Shown here in pieces: positions 37,547-47,727 of a stretch of 64,000 nt of DNA. This DNA comes from an uncultured bacterium (GTDB lineage: Bacteria > Omnitrophota > Omnitrophia > Omnitrophales > Aquincolibacteriaceae). Under the pieces are notes generated by a model. The model did not search any database. It saw nothing but the letters and a program-made list of their open reading frames with translations, and was not told the origin of the DNA. The DNA lies in contig CAZEFF010000005.1 in the NCBI GenBank assembly GCA_964511315.1, positions 159 to 64,158 of the forward strand. The letters run 5' to 3'. How positions within the stretch are numbered: the stretch's first letter is position 1; every line of letters starts with the position of its first letter. The position numbers and the translations under genes are program-made.

Positions 37547-38637
37547 AACTTCACAACCTTTCGAACCGCTTCAATCGTGGGTTCCACGGTTTCAATTTTA
37601 TCGTCAAAACTCAAAGCATAATCAGGATCTTTCAAACCTGACCCGGTCAAAGTGATTACAATCCTTGTACCTTCTTCAAAATAATTCCGCGCGGCCAATT
37701 TGCGGACACCCGCCACAGCCGCAGCCGAAGCAGGCTCAGCGAAAACGCCTTCGCGCTCTGCGATAAAACGGTAAGCCCAGCCGATTTCTTCATCCGTCAC
37801 AGATTCGATTAAACCGCCGGACTCATCTCGAGCCGCCAGCGCGCCCTGCCAGCTGGCTGGATTTCCAATGCGGATCGCTGTCGCCACTGTTTCAGGGTGA
37901 TCCACTTTCTTACCCAGCACAATCGGAGCGGAACCCGCGGCTTGAAAACCAAGCATCTTCGGAAGGCTTTCGGATTTTCCTGCTCGCTTATATTCGTTAT
38001 AGCCTTTCCAATACGCGGTAATATTGCCCGCATTCCCCACAGGAATCGCGTGATATTCCGGCGCGTCACCCAAGTCGTCTACAATTTCAAAGGCCGCGCT
38101 CTTTTGTCCTTCAATGCGGTAAGGATTAATGGAATTTACCAAAGTAATTTTTCCGTCTTTGGTCATGAGCTTCACCACTTCAAGCGCTTGGTCAAAATTG
38201 CCTTTGATCATGATGGTTTGCGCGCCGTAGCGGTAAGCCTGCATCAATTTACCCTTCGCGATCTTACCTTCAGGGATAAGCACAAAACATTTAAGACCGC
38301 AGCGGGACGCGTACGCGGCGGCAGAAGCCGAAGTATTTCCGGTCGACGCACACATCACCGCTTTCGCGCCGTCTTCCACCGCTTTTGAAATCGCCATCGT
38401 CATTCCGCGGTCTTTAAATGAACCGGTCGGATTCAAACCTTCAAACTTATAATAAACACGGACATTCTTGAGTTTCAGCTCTTTCGGAAGAGCCTCCGCC
38501 AAAATAAGCGGCGTATTGCCTTCATTCAGCGAAATAATCGGCGTGCGGTCGGTGACCGGCATGAATTCCTGGTACCGTTCAATCACTCCGATTTTTTTGA
38601 CCGCGTATTTTTTGGTAACCATATTAATTCCCTTCAA
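37543..38637 (-). CDS. thrC: Threonine synthase ThrC
   Basis: 364 aa; PLP-lysine motif SFKDRGMT and MCASTGNTSASAAAYA. Confidence 0.92.
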   Translation of the reverse strand: MKGINMVTKKYAVKKIGVIERYQEFMPVTDRTPIISLNEGNTPLILAEALPKELKLKNVRVYYKFEGLNPTGSFKDRGMTMAISKAVEDGAKAVMCASTGNTSASAAAYASRCGLKCFVLIPEGKIAKGKLMQAYRYGAQTIMIKGNFDQALEVVKLMTKDGKITLVNSINPYRIEGQKSAAFEIVDDLGDAPEYHAIPVGNAGNITAYWKGYNEYKRAGKSESLPKMLGFQAAGSAPIVLGKKVDHPETVATAIRIGNPASWQGALAARDESGGLIESVTDEEIGWAYRFIAEREGVFAEPASAAAVAGVRKLAARNYFEEGTRIVITLTGSGLKDPDYALSFDDKIETVEPTIEAVRKVVKL

Positions 38638-39919
38638 TCCGCAAAACTTGCGGCACGCCTTTCACAACATTTAATTTGCTGATCGCTTTGATCGCCGTCC
38701 GCACATCTTTCTCATGAGCGTCATGCGTTAAAATAATCAAAGGCACCACTCCGCCGGCGCTGCGCTCCCGCTGAATCATGTCAGAAATGCTGATATCATG
38801 CTTCCCTAAAACATCGGAAAGCTTCGCCAAAACACCCGGGCGGTCTGCCACATGAAACCGCAAATAATAGCGGGACAAAATAGATGAAATGTTTTTTATT
38901 TTCAGTGTACGGCTAATCGCGCGCAAAGGAATCGCGGCTTCCTCAAAACGGTCATCCCGGCGTTTTGCGATATCGATCAAGTCACTAAGAACCGCACTCG
39001 CTGTCGGCCGCGAGCCCGCGCCGCGCCCGTAAAGAAGCACATCGCCTACTTCACTGCCATGCAGCAAAATCGCGTTAAATGAACCATTCACGCTGGCAAG
39101 AATATGAGTCCTCGGCAGCAAGGTTGGCTGCACACGGGCTTCAATGCCGTCCTGCTGAACCTTCGCAATGGCTAAAAGTTTAATTTTGTATCCAAATTCT
39201 TCAGCAAACGCGATATCTTCACTCCGAATCGTTGTGATCCCCTCGCAGTGAATATCTTTAAACTTCACTTTTCCGCCAAACGCGAACCGCGCGAGCACCG
39301 CGAGTTTATGCGCGGCGTCTACGCCTTCAATGTCCAGCGTAGGATCTGCTTCGGCATAACCTTTTTGCTGAGCCTCTTTAAGCGCTTCCTTAAAATCCGT
39401 TTTCGCTTCACTCATGCGCGTCAAAATATAATTCGTTGTTCCGTTGATAATTCCGTGGATAGCGTCAATTTTATTAGCCACCAAACCTTCACGAATCGCT
39501 TTAATCACCGGAATTCCACCGCCGACGGAAGCTTCGAAAAATACCCAGCGGCGTTCCCGGTTTGCAAGTTCTAGAATTTGGTCACCCTGTTCCGCAAGCA
39601 GCGCTTTATTGGCTGTCACGACATGCTTGCCGTGCAAAATAGCTTCCTTAACCAGCTTGGAGGCTTCTTTTGTTCCACCGATCAATTCCACAACCACATC
39701 AATTGACGGATCCCGGACAATCGAATAAGGGTTTTTAGTTAAAAGATTTTTGGGCACGCGGATGGAGCGCTTTTTCCCGGGGTTTTTGACCGCGATTTTT
39801 TTAATTTCGAGGCGCACACCAATTTCCCGAGCGAAAAAGTTTTTCTTTTCGCTGAGCGCGGCAAAAACTCCGCCGCCAACTTGGCCAAGCCCCAATAATC
39901 CAATGCGTAATGTCTTCAT
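38624..39919 (-). CDS. hom: Homoserine dehydrogenase Hom (with C-terminal ACT domain)
   Basis: Start taken at MKTLRIGLLGLGQVGGGV (NAD Rossmann) at 39919; the ORF track extends to 40021 through an implausible N-extension. Catalytic domain then a C-terminal ACT domain. Confidence 0.88.
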   Translation of the reverse strand: MKTLRIGLLGLGQVGGGVFAALSEKKNFFAREIGVRLEIKKIAVKNPGKKRSIRVPKNLLTKNPYSIVRDPSIDVVVELIGGTKEASKLVKEAILHGKHVVTANKALLAEQGDQILELANRERRWVFFEASVGGGIPVIKAIREGLVANKIDAIHGIINGTTNYILTRMSEAKTDFKEALKEAQQKGYAEADPTLDIEGVDAAHKLAVLARFAFGGKVKFKDIHCEGITTIRSEDIAFAEEFGYKIKLLAIAKVQQDGIEARVQPTLLPRTHILASVNGSFNAILLHGSEVGDVLLYGRGAGSRPTASAVLSDLIDIAKRRDDRFEEAAIPLRAISRTLKIKNISSILSRYYLRFHVADRPGVLAKLSDVLGKHDISISDMIQRERSAGGVVPLIILTHDAHEKDVRTAIKAISKLNVVKGVPQVLRIEGN

Positions 39920-40122
39920 AAAAAGAATGTAACTCGTGTTTTGAAGCGAGTTTAAGAGTAAAAAAGGCGTGTTAGTATATCGCAGGAAGGTCCAAAAAGC
40001 AATTACGGCAAAAATCGGCATTCTCCTATAGGAAGGCCTTTGAGATTAAAGGATAGGTTTGCGGGAGATGGGATCTTTAGAGTATACTACGGGCGTCTTT
40101 TTAACCCTTTCGGAGGCAATTG

Positions 40123-40554
40123 GTGAAAACAAAATCTGCTCTTATCATTATCGCTTTAACCCTGACGGCCATTTCCAACCTTGGCATGGGACGAAATCCC
40201 GAAGATTACGATGAGGAAGCTCTTCAAGCCGAACGCCTTGAAAGAGAACAGCAAAAAGCACAAAAAGAAGGCCGCTCGAACAGCATGGCATCAAATTTTG
40301 TGGGCGGCATCAAACAGGCCACTGTCGATAATACCAAAGATGTGATTCAAGACACGGCCGATGGCACACGCAATGACGCTCCAGTTGTTGGAACTCTGGA
40401 AGGCGCGCGCCAAAGTACGGGAAAAGTTTTGGACAATACGGTGAAAGGCGCTGCGAAAATCGCAACCCTTGGGTACGTAGAGAATCCCCGTTACGAAGTT
40501 GAAGATCCTGAAAAAGGATCTGAAGAGCCTACCAAAATTAAATTTAAATTCTGA
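40123..40554 (+). CDS. Hypothetical secreted protein
   Basis: GGAGG RBS 6 nt before GTG at 40123 (TTG at 40120 alternative). Signal peptide KTKSALIIIALTLTAISNLG; acidic soluble domain ending KIKFKF. Confidence 0.5.
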   Translation: MKTKSALIIIALTLTAISNLGMGRNPEDYDEEALQAERLEREQQKAQKEGRSNSMASNFVGGIKQATVDNTKDVIQDTADGTRNDAPVVGTLEGARQSTGKVLDNTVKGAAKIATLGYVENPRYEVEDPEKGSEEPTKIKFKF

Positions 40555-42348
40555 TCAGACGTTGAATTGTAAGTCGTAGAGTTTTTTGTAGATTCCGCTT
40601 TCGCGGAGCAGTTCCTGGCTGTTTCCCTGCTGAATAATTTTTCCGCTATCCATCACAATGATCCGATCCGCGTTTTGAATCGTCGACAGTCTGTGCGCAA
40701 TCACAAAAACCGTGCGGCCTTTCATCGCGTTTTCTAAAGCCTTCTGTACTTCCCGTTCGCTTTCAGTATCTAAATGAGAAGTCGCTTCATCAAAAACAAG
40801 GATCTCGGGATCTTTTAAAAGCGCGCGGGCGATTGCGATTCGCTGACGCTGTCCGCCAGAGAGACGCAATCCCCTCTCTCCAAGATTCGTATCATATTTA
40901 TTCGGAAGCGCTTCGATAAATTGATCGGCGTAAGCAATCGCCGCTGCCGCGCGGACTTGCTCAAGACTTGCCTCAGGATTTCCATAAGCAATATTTTCGC
41001 GGATAGTCGCGTTAAAAAGAATGGTTTCCTGGGTAACGATACCGATTTTTTCCCGTAGTGACCAGACCTTAAAGCCTCGGATATCCTGCCCATTTATTTT
41101 AATGGCTCCTGAGGTCGGATCATAAAATCGCAGAATAAGATTCATGAGCGTTGTTTTGCCGGAACCGCTGGAACCCACGATTGCCAAGACCTCGCCGCGT
41201 TTAACTGTGAACGTAACTCCGTTTAAGACCTTTTTGCCTGTTTCGTAAGCGAATTCCACATCCTGATAAGTCACATCGGTGACGGGCTCTTCAAAGCTGA
41301 TCGATTCAGGCCGGTCTTGAATCGTCGGCACAGAATCAAGAATTTCAAAAATACGCGTCCCCGCGGCGATCGATTGCTGAATTGTACTGTTCACCTTGCT
41401 GATTTTTTTAAGGGGCTCATAAAAAATAAAAAGGGAGCCGACAAAAGCCACAAAACGGTCCGGCGGTAAATGTTTCAGCCCAAACCACACCGCGATCGCG
41501 GCGCCGCCCGCGCCCATCACCTCAATCAAAGGCCGCTGAACAAGCGTGATTCTTACTGTTTTCGCGAAGAAATCAAAAACATTTTTATTGATCGCTTTAA
41601 ACTTTTTGATTTCGCTGTCTTCCTGATTGAAGGCGCGCACCACATTGATGCCCGAAAGCGTTTCACCGATAAAAGCGGTAATATCCGCGGCGCGTTCCTG
41701 CATTTTTTTTGTCGTGCGACGCAAATTTTTTCCGAGCAGAACGATAGGAACCGCGACTAACGGAAAAATAATCATCGCGTAAAACGCGTAGCTCCCGCCC
41801 CAAATAAAAACCATGGGAATATTAAAAAGAATCACGAGCGGCTGTTTGACGATATCCACAACAACATCCGTGATCGCGCCTTGAATGGATCCAACGTCAT
41901 TCATGATGCGGCTTAAAAAATCACCCGTCCGGCCCCGAGAATAAAAATCATTAGAAAGATAAACTAAGTGCTGGTACAGATCGTCCCGGACTTTACGGAT
42001 TGACCGGATGCCGACACTTGCCATTTGATAATTCGAAATGTAATCAAACAGCCCGCGAAGTAAAAAGACGGTGACCATAAAAACAGGAACCCAAAAAACA
42101 GGGAAGCTGAGAGACTTTAGAAAAGGAACGGCGGGAATATTGAAAACCACCTTATCCTTATTATAGAGGCCATTAATAACCACGTAGCCGATGCCCGAAA
42201 CCAGAGAGTTGGCTATGGAATACCCAAACATACAGGCCACGGCCATCATAAGACGGCCGCGGTGAGGCTTAATGTATTCTAGTAGTCGCTTGTAGATTTC
42301 CATGGAGTTGGACACTGTAACATATCCGTTGACACCCCTCAAGGTCAT
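40555..42348 (-). CDS. ABC exporter, fused permease/ATPase, MsbA-like (lipid A/LPS flippase family)
   Basis: 597 aa; six-TM type I exporter domain plus NBD with Walker A GSSGSGKTT, signature LSGGQRQRIAIARA, Walker B ILVFDEATSHLD. Confidence 0.85.
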   Translation of the reverse strand: MTLRGVNGYVTVSNSMEIYKRLLEYIKPHRGRLMMAVACMFGYSIANSLVSGIGYVVINGLYNKDKVVFNIPAVPFLKSLSFPVFWVPVFMVTVFLLRGLFDYISNYQMASVGIRSIRKVRDDLYQHLVYLSNDFYSRGRTGDFLSRIMNDVGSIQGAITDVVVDIVKQPLVILFNIPMVFIWGGSYAFYAMIIFPLVAVPIVLLGKNLRRTTKKMQERAADITAFIGETLSGINVVRAFNQEDSEIKKFKAINKNVFDFFAKTVRITLVQRPLIEVMGAGGAAIAVWFGLKHLPPDRFVAFVGSLFIFYEPLKKISKVNSTIQQSIAAGTRIFEILDSVPTIQDRPESISFEEPVTDVTYQDVEFAYETGKKVLNGVTFTVKRGEVLAIVGSSGSGKTTLMNLILRFYDPTSGAIKINGQDIRGFKVWSLREKIGIVTQETILFNATIRENIAYGNPEASLEQVRAAAAIAYADQFIEALPNKYDTNLGERGLRLSGGQRQRIAIARALLKDPEILVFDEATSHLDTESEREVQKALENAMKGRTVFVIAHRLSTIQNADRIIVMDSGKIIQQGNSQELLRESGIYKKLYDLQFNV

Positions 42349-42404
42349 TTGCTAGGATTTCCGCATCAATTTGCTTCTAACCTTTTTTCTGATAAAGAGT
42401 TACG

Positions 42405-43367
42405 ATGACTAAACCTCTACGAGTTGGCGTGATTGGGATCGGGCACCTGGGAAAAGAGCATGCCCGGATCTACCGCGACCTGCCCGAAACCTCCTTGATT
42501 GGAATTTGTGACACGGACCCTTCAAAGAAGGAAAAGGCTGCTTCTTTAGGCATCCCCTTTTTCGAACGCTTTCAGGATATGATTGGGCAAGTGGACGCCG
42601 TCAGCATCGCGACTCCCACATCCACGCATCATAAAGTCGCAAAAGAATTTCTGAACGCGGGCATTCACACTTTGATTGAAAAACCCATTACCCTGAGGCT
42701 TGAAGAAGCGGATGAGCTGATCGCCCTTGCCAAGAAAAAAAATTGCGCGCTTCAAGTCGGACATATCGAACGGCACAACCCCGGTTTCAAACGGATTGAA
42801 GAAATCGCCAAGAATGTGGGCTTTCTTGAAATTCACCGGCTCGGTCCTTTCACAGGCCGCATTAATGACTGCGGTGTCGTTCTTGATCTCATGATTCATG
42901 ATCTGGATATTGTGCTCGGACTTTTAAAATCCCCTGTCGCCTCGGTTGACGCGGTCGGCATAAGCGTTCTCACTCCTTATGAAGACATCGCGAATGTGCG
43001 TCTGCGTTTTCAAAACGGCGCAGTGGCAAACATTACAGCGTCACGGTTAACGCCCGAGAAGCAAAGAAAAATCCGGATTTTTCAGGAAGACGCTTATATT
43101 TCATTAGACTACGAAGCTCAAAGCGCAAAAATCTTCCGCAAAGAGGGCTCTCAAATTCATCAGGAAGTCATCGAAATCCAAAAATCGGAACCCTTAAAAG
43201 AAGAACTTAAATTTTTTGTCTCAGGCATTCAATCCGGCGCGAGCATCGGTAAACCTGATGAAGCGGCCCGCAACGCGCTTAAAATCGCCCTCCAAATCGT
43301 TGAATCGATCCAATCTCAAAAAACGCCGAACCTGTCGGGATCGGACGTTGGGAAATTCTCTTCTTAA
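42405..43367 (+). CDS. Gfo/Idh/MocA-family NAD(P)-dependent oxidoreductase, translationally coupled to lpxB
   Basis: 320 aa; LRVGVIGIGHLGKEHA Rossmann motif and the EKP motif; its stop overlaps the lpxB ATG by 1 nt (TAATG). Confidence 0.85.
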   Translation: MTKPLRVGVIGIGHLGKEHARIYRDLPETSLIGICDTDPSKKEKAASLGIPFFERFQDMIGQVDAVSIATPTSTHHKVAKEFLNAGIHTLIEKPITLRLEEADELIALAKKKNCALQVGHIERHNPGFKRIEEIAKNVGFLEIHRLGPFTGRINDCGVVLDLMIHDLDIVLGLLKSPVASVDAVGISVLTPYEDIANVRLRFQNGAVANITASRLTPEKQRKIRIFQEDAYISLDYEAQSAKIFRKEGSQIHQEVIEIQKSEPLKEELKFFVSGIQSGASIGKPDEAARNALKIALQIVESIQSQKTPNLSGSDVGKFSS

Positions 43368-44500
43368 TGAAATTTTTCATTATTGCCTGCGAACCCTCTG
43401 GGGATTTGCATGGCGCGCACCTGATCGAAGAAATTAAAAGGCGCTCTCCAGGTTCAGAGTTCCGAGGGCTCGGCGGACCCGCGATGGCCGCGCGGAACGT
43501 TCATCTCTTGGAAGATATGACTAAGTTCTCCGCGCTTGGTCTAGGAGATGTCCTTCGGCAGTATTTAAAATACAGAGAAATCTTTTACCGCGCGTTAAAC
43601 GATGTAGAGACTTGGAAGCCTGATGCCTTAATCCTTATTGATTCGCCCGCATTCAATCTGCGCTTTGCCAAAAAAATCAAAAAACGTTTTCCCGTAATTT
43701 ATTATATTTCCCCGCAGATCTGGGCATGGGGCAGCCGAAGAATTCACACCATCAAGAAAACAGTTTCAAAAATGATTACGATTCTTCCTTTTGAAGTAGA
43801 GGTCTATAAAAAAGTTGATCTGCCGTGTGAGTTTGTCGGGCATCCGCTTCTTGATGAGATCCATTTTACGGAAACCCGGGCGACTTTGCGCGGAAAGCTT
43901 TCTTTAAAGACGGAAGAAACCGCGGTAGGGATTCTTTCGGGATCAAGAGCCAAAGAAGTAAAGCGTATTTTGCCGGACATGCTGGAATCCGCGAGACAGT
44001 TAAAGAAGTTAAAGCCCTCGTGCCGTTTCTTTTTAAGCAGGTCCGCTAATGTTCCTTCAGAAATTTATGACGGCATTCTCGCGCGTTATAAAGATTTACA
44101 GATCGAAACTCCGCAGCTAAGGATGCATGATCTGCTGCTGGCCCTCGACTTTGCTTTCATTACTTCTGGAACCGCGACTCTCGAAGCCACATTAATCGGA
44201 ACTCCCTTCTTTCTTTTTTACCGGGCCAGCTGGTCCACTTACGTTCTCGGGAAAATGCTGATTGAAGTAAAATTTCTTGGTCTTGTGAATCTTCTCGCTT
44301 CAAAAAGTGTTGTTCCGGAATTTATTCAGAATGAAATCCACCCCGAAACCATCGCCCACGAATCAAAAATCCTCCTGGAAACTCCCGCGCTTTATCAGCA
44401 AATGAAAAGTGAATTCGCGGCCGTCAAAATGAAGCTGGGTCAAAGCGGTGCAAGTCAGCGCGCGGCAGCGGCTGTGCTTAATTTCATTGAGAGAAAATAA
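43367..44500 (+). CDS. lpxB: Lipid-A-disaccharide synthase LpxB
   Basis: 377 aa; N-terminus FFIIACEPSGDLHGAHLIEEI and GT19 family architecture. Confidence 0.92.
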   Translation: MKFFIIACEPSGDLHGAHLIEEIKRRSPGSEFRGLGGPAMAARNVHLLEDMTKFSALGLGDVLRQYLKYREIFYRALNDVETWKPDALILIDSPAFNLRFAKKIKKRFPVIYYISPQIWAWGSRRIHTIKKTVSKMITILPFEVEVYKKVDLPCEFVGHPLLDEIHFTETRATLRGKLSLKTEETAVGILSGSRAKEVKRILPDMLESARQLKKLKPSCRFFLSRSANVPSEIYDGILARYKDLQIETPQLRMHDLLLALDFAFITSGTATLEATLIGTPFFLFYRASWSTYVLGKMLIEVKFLGLVNLLASKSVVPEFIQNEIHPETIAHESKILLETPALYQQMKSEFAAVKMKLGQSGASQRAAAAVLNFIERK

Positions 44501-44512
44501 ACCGGAAATCGG

Positions 44513-44896
44513 TTAAGGTTTTTTTGGTGCGGAAGAAGCGTAAGCTTCACCGGGCTGAAGACGGTCCCACGGAAGGCCAGGCTCCACTAGCGATTCGTAG
44601 TTTTGCGGTATAGGCACAGGAAAAGTCAGAATATCATAAACACCCGACAAAGCCCTCCCTACAGCATAGAAGGAGCCCCGCAAAATCCCTGTTCCCCAAG
44701 AAGGAACGGCACTATCCACTTTCTTTTCTTTATGCAGCTCCGCAGAAACTTCTACAGGCGAGAGCGCGATATTTACAAATCCGCGCTGAAGTTTATGCAT
44801 GGGTGTATTTTTTTCAGCCATCTCGGCCGCATAAGAAAAGGGAGAAAAAATAATGAGCGATAAAACTAAGATAGAAACTGCGGATTTGGGGGACAT
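44513..44896 (-). CDS. Hypothetical small secreted protein. Tentatively resembles the exosortase-system-associated TIGR04073-type family, from memory only.
   Basis: 127 aa; signal peptide (ILVLSLIIFSPFSYA). LQRGFVNIALSPVE ... GTGILRGSFYAVGRALSGVYDILTFPVPIP resembles, as I recall it, a small exosortase-associated protein family. Cannot verify without a search. Confidence 0.45.
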   Translation of the reverse strand: MSPKSAVSILVLSLIIFSPFSYAAEMAEKNTPMHKLQRGFVNIALSPVEVSAELHKEKKVDSAVPSWGTGILRGSFYAVGRALSGVYDILTFPVPIPQNYESLVEPGLPWDRLQPGEAYASSAPKKP

Positions 44897-44943
44897 TGTG
44901 CAAATACTCTAACACAAATTAAAACCTGAAACAATCCCCTCCT

Positions 44944-44976
44944 AAAAACACGAAAGGCGGGGCTAATAGCCCCGCC
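44944..44976 (-). terminator. Rho-independent terminator downstream of glnN
   Basis: GC stem GGCGGGGC-taata-GCCCCGCC (44956-44976) followed on the minus strand by UUUCGUGUUUUU. Confidence 0.6.
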
Positions 44977-45007
44977 TTAGCATGCAAATCTGTGCTATTT
45001 AAGAATC

Positions 45008-47107
45008 TTACAGCTTAAAAAGCATATCCGCGTAGCTTGGAACCGGCCATTTATTGGCAGGAATCAGGCTTTCAAGCGCGTCAATATCCGAACGAAGGTC
45101 AGCCTGTGCCGTGAAAACCTTATCCCGGAACGCTTCGGCTTTTTCTTTCGCATCGCTGACCGCTGACGCTTTTTTCTGCGCGGCTTCAAGGGTTGCGAGC
45201 TTCTTGCTGGCAGATTCTAAAAGGTCGCTGATTTTTCCAAGCAATGCCTTTTGGACCGCCGAAGATGCTCCCGCAGTTTTAAGTTTGTTCACGGTTTCAG
45301 CCAATTTCTCCGTGTAGCAAACGACTGCAGGAATATATTGTTTCTTAACCATATCAATAGAAGCAAGGGCTTCGATATTGATTGTCTTAACATAGTACTC
45401 AAGATAAATCTCATACCGTGAGTGAAGCTCTTCTTTTGTCAAAACATGGTATTTTGAAAAAAGCTTTTCAGCATCCGCGTTCGCCATAAAAGCAAGCGCA
45501 TCAACAGTAGAACGGATATTGGGAAGACCGCGCTTCTTGGCTTCTTTCACCCATTCTTCGCTGTAACCGTTGCCATTAAAAATAATGCGGCTGTGCTTAC
45601 TCGCGATTTCACGCGCGATCGCATTGCATTCTTTGTTAATGTCTTTGGCTTTTTCAAGACGTGTCGCGATTTCATCCAGGGCTTCAGCAACGATCGTATT
45701 TAAAACTACGTTCGGGCCGGAAATCGAAGCGGAGGAAGGAACCATGCGGAACTCAAACTTATTTCCGGTAAATGCAAACGGAGATGTGCGGTTGCGGTCC
45801 GTGTTGTCTTTAGGAAGTGAAGGAAGCGTATCCACGCCGATATTGAGGAAGTGCTCGCCTTTGCTGCCGCCCTTCTTGCCTTTTGCTAGAAGTTCTACAA
45901 TCCCGGTTAATTCTTCACCGAGGAAAATAGAGATAATCGCCGGAGGGGCTTCATTAGCACCCAAGCGAAGATCATTTCCGGGATTCGCCGCACCCGCGCG
46001 TAATTTGTCAGAGTGGCGGTCAACCGCTTTGATCACAGCGCAAAGGAACATTAAAAATTGCTCGTTATCATGAGGGGTATGACCCGGTTCTAAAAGGTTA
46101 AGGCCGTCATCGGTCGAAAGAGACCAGTTATTATGCTTACCCGAACCATTCACGCCGGCAAAAGGCTTTTCATGCAGCAGGCAGACAAGCCCGTTACGAA
46201 GAGCGACCTTGCGCATCGTCTCCATCACCAACTGATTGTGGTCAGTCGCGATATTGACCATTGAGAAGATAGGTGCCATTTCAAACTGCGCAGGCGCCAC
46301 TTCATTGTGTTTGGTTTTGGCGGAAACACCCATTTTCCAAAGCTCAATATCTAAATCTTTCATGAACTTGGAAATGCGGTCTTTAATCGCGCCGAAATAT
46401 TGATCTTCAAGTTCCTGTCCTTTAGGAGCAGGCGCGCCGAAAAGCGTACGCCCGGCGACCATGAGGTCAATGCGCTGATCAAAATAGACTTTATCGATCA
46501 GGAAATATTCCTGCTCGGGGCCCATCGTCGGATAAACGCGTGTGGAGGTTTTATTGCCAAGAGCTTTCAAAACGCGCATCGCGTGTTTTGAAACCGCGGC
46601 CATCGAACGAAGAAGAGGGGTTTTCTTATCGAGAGCTTCACCCGTGTACGAGCAAAACGCTGTCGGGATGCAAAGCGTTAAATCGCCGGCTTCATCGGTT
46701 TTCAAAAATGCCGGGGATGTGCAATCCCACGCAGTGTAACCGCGGGCTTCAAACGTTGCACGCAATCCGCCGCTCGGGAAAGAAGAAGCATCCGGCTCAC
46801 CTTGAATCAATTGCTTGCCCGAAAACTCCATAACCGCGCTGCCGTCGGCCATTGGAGCGATAAAAGAATCGTGTTTTTCAGCTGTGGTTCCGGTAAGAGG
46901 TTGGAACCAGTGCGTATAATGTGTAGCGCCTTTTTCAATGGCCCAATCTTTCATCGCGTTGGCCACGACATTAGCGACTTCAAGTGTTAAAGGAGCGCCT
47001 TGATCGATCGTTTTTTTCAAGGCTTTGAAAGTATCCTTGGGCAAACGTTCTTTCATGACCTTCATGTTAAATACGTTACTTCCGAAAACTTCTGTGATGT
47101 CTGCCAT
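45008..47107 (-). CDS. glnN: Glutamine synthetase type III (GlnN)
   Basis: About 700 aa GS-III architecture; N-terminus [13 protein letters not shown]...; conserved GS catalytic-region signatures. Start taken at 47107 (AGGAGA RBS); the ORF-track start at 47176 is less likely. Confidence 0.9.
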   Translation of the reverse strand: MADITEVFGSNVFNMKVMKERLPKDTFKALKKTIDQGAPLTLEVANVVANAMKDWAIEKGATHYTHWFQPLTGTTAEKHDSFIAPMADGSAVMEFSGKQLIQGEPDASSFPSGGLRATFEARGYTAWDCTSPAFLKTDEAGDLTLCIPTAFCSYTGEALDKKTPLLRSMAAVSKHAMRVLKALGNKTSTRVYPTMGPEQEYFLIDKVYFDQRIDLMVAGRTLFGAPAPKGQELEDQYFGAIKDRISKFMKDLDIELWKMGVSAKTKHNEVAPAQFEMAPIFSMVNIATDHNQLVMETMRKVALRNGLVCLLHEKPFAGVNGSGKHNNWSLSTDDGLNLLEPGHTPHDNEQFLMFLCAVIKAVDRHSDKLRAGAANPGNDLRLGANEAPPAIISIFLGEELTGIVELLAKGKKGGSKGEHFLNIGVDTLPSLPKDNTDRNRTSPFAFTGNKFEFRMVPSSASISGPNVVLNTIVAEALDEIATRLEKAKDINKECNAIAREIASKHSRIIFNGNGYSEEWVKEAKKRGLPNIRSTVDALAFMANADAEKLFSKYHVLTKEELHSRYEIYLEYYVKTINIEALASIDMVKKQYIPAVVCYTEKLAETVNKLKTAGASSAVQKALLGKISDLLESASKKLATLEAAQKKASAVSDAKEKAEAFRDKVFTAQADLRSDIDALESLIPANKWPVPSYADMLFKL

Positions 47108-47200
47108 TTTAAAATCTCCTAATTCTATTGAATTTGGTACTTCTGATTTGAAACTCGACAACAATGGGTACTGCAAAAAGCCGGACTAGCGAGGTGAATA

Positions 47201-47229
47201 AGTCTATTCCTCCCCTTTGGTAAAGTCAA
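47201..47229 (-). promoter_or_regulatory. Candidate sigma-70 promoter inside the glnB-glnN spacer (TTGACT-17 nt-TAGACT)
   Basis: Minus strand: TTGACT (47229-47224), 17-nt spacer, TAGACT (47206-47201). Leaves a about 90-nt leader before glnN. Confidence 0.3.
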
Positions 47230-47365
47230 CGCCCTTTTACCGAAAAAGCAGCCTTTTTAGCCCGGCTAAAACACGCCAAAACCCCATATAAATCAAGGGA
47301 AAATGGCCAAGGCCAATTCTTGATCTTTTGGGGGAAACATCAAAAATGGGGGAAAAATCAGAGAC

Positions 47366-47707
47366 TCAGACGAGTGCCTGTTCTCCCCTCTCACGGGTCC
47401 TAATTCTGATGACTTCAGCGATATCCGAAATAAAAATTTTACCGTCCCCCACCCCGCCTGTAAACGCGGCTTGGAGGATGGCTTGAATAATATTCTCCGC
47501 ATCTTCATCAACGGTAACGATTTCGATCTTTACCTTCGGCATAAACTCTACGCGGTATTGTTCTCCACGCCACTGCTGATAAGCCCCCTTTTGCATACCA
47601 TGGCCTTCAGCCTCAGAAATGGTTATTCCAGGATACCCGGACTCATCCAGGCATTGGCGGACAGATTCAAGCTTTTCGGGTCTAATGATCGCTTCTATTT
47701 TTTTCAT
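47366..47707 (-). CDS. glnB: Nitrogen regulatory protein P-II (GlnB/GlnK family)
   Basis: 113 aa; MKKIEAIIRPEKL, T-loop RGEQYRVEF with conserved Tyr51 equivalent, C-terminal GDGKIFISDIAEVIRIRT. Confidence 0.92.
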   Translation of the reverse strand: MKKIEAIIRPEKLESVRQCLDESGYPGITISEAEGHGMQKGAYQQWRGEQYRVEFMPKVKIEIVTVDEDAENIIQAILQAAFTGGVGDGKIFISDIAEVIRIRTRERGEQALV

Positions 47708-47727
47708 AAATTGGCTCCAGCATAAGT

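Noticed and set aside
45570-46073. 167-aa plus-strand ORF inside glnN
   Set aside because: Antisense to the conserved GS-III catalytic region. It has low-complexity Ser/Ala/Arg composition and no start context.
47108-47365. Possible glutamine riboswitch (glnA RNA motif) or tRNA in the long glnB-glnN spacer
   Set aside because: I could not find the conserved elements I remember for the glnA motif, nor a tRNA-like TPsiC/anticodon architecture. Retained only as an uncharacterised regulatory spacer (see findings).
47293-47511. 72-aa minus-strand ORF overlapping the glnB 3' end and spacer
   Set aside because: Different frame overlapping the well-conserved P-II gene. It is more parsimonious that this region is a non-coding regulatory spacer.
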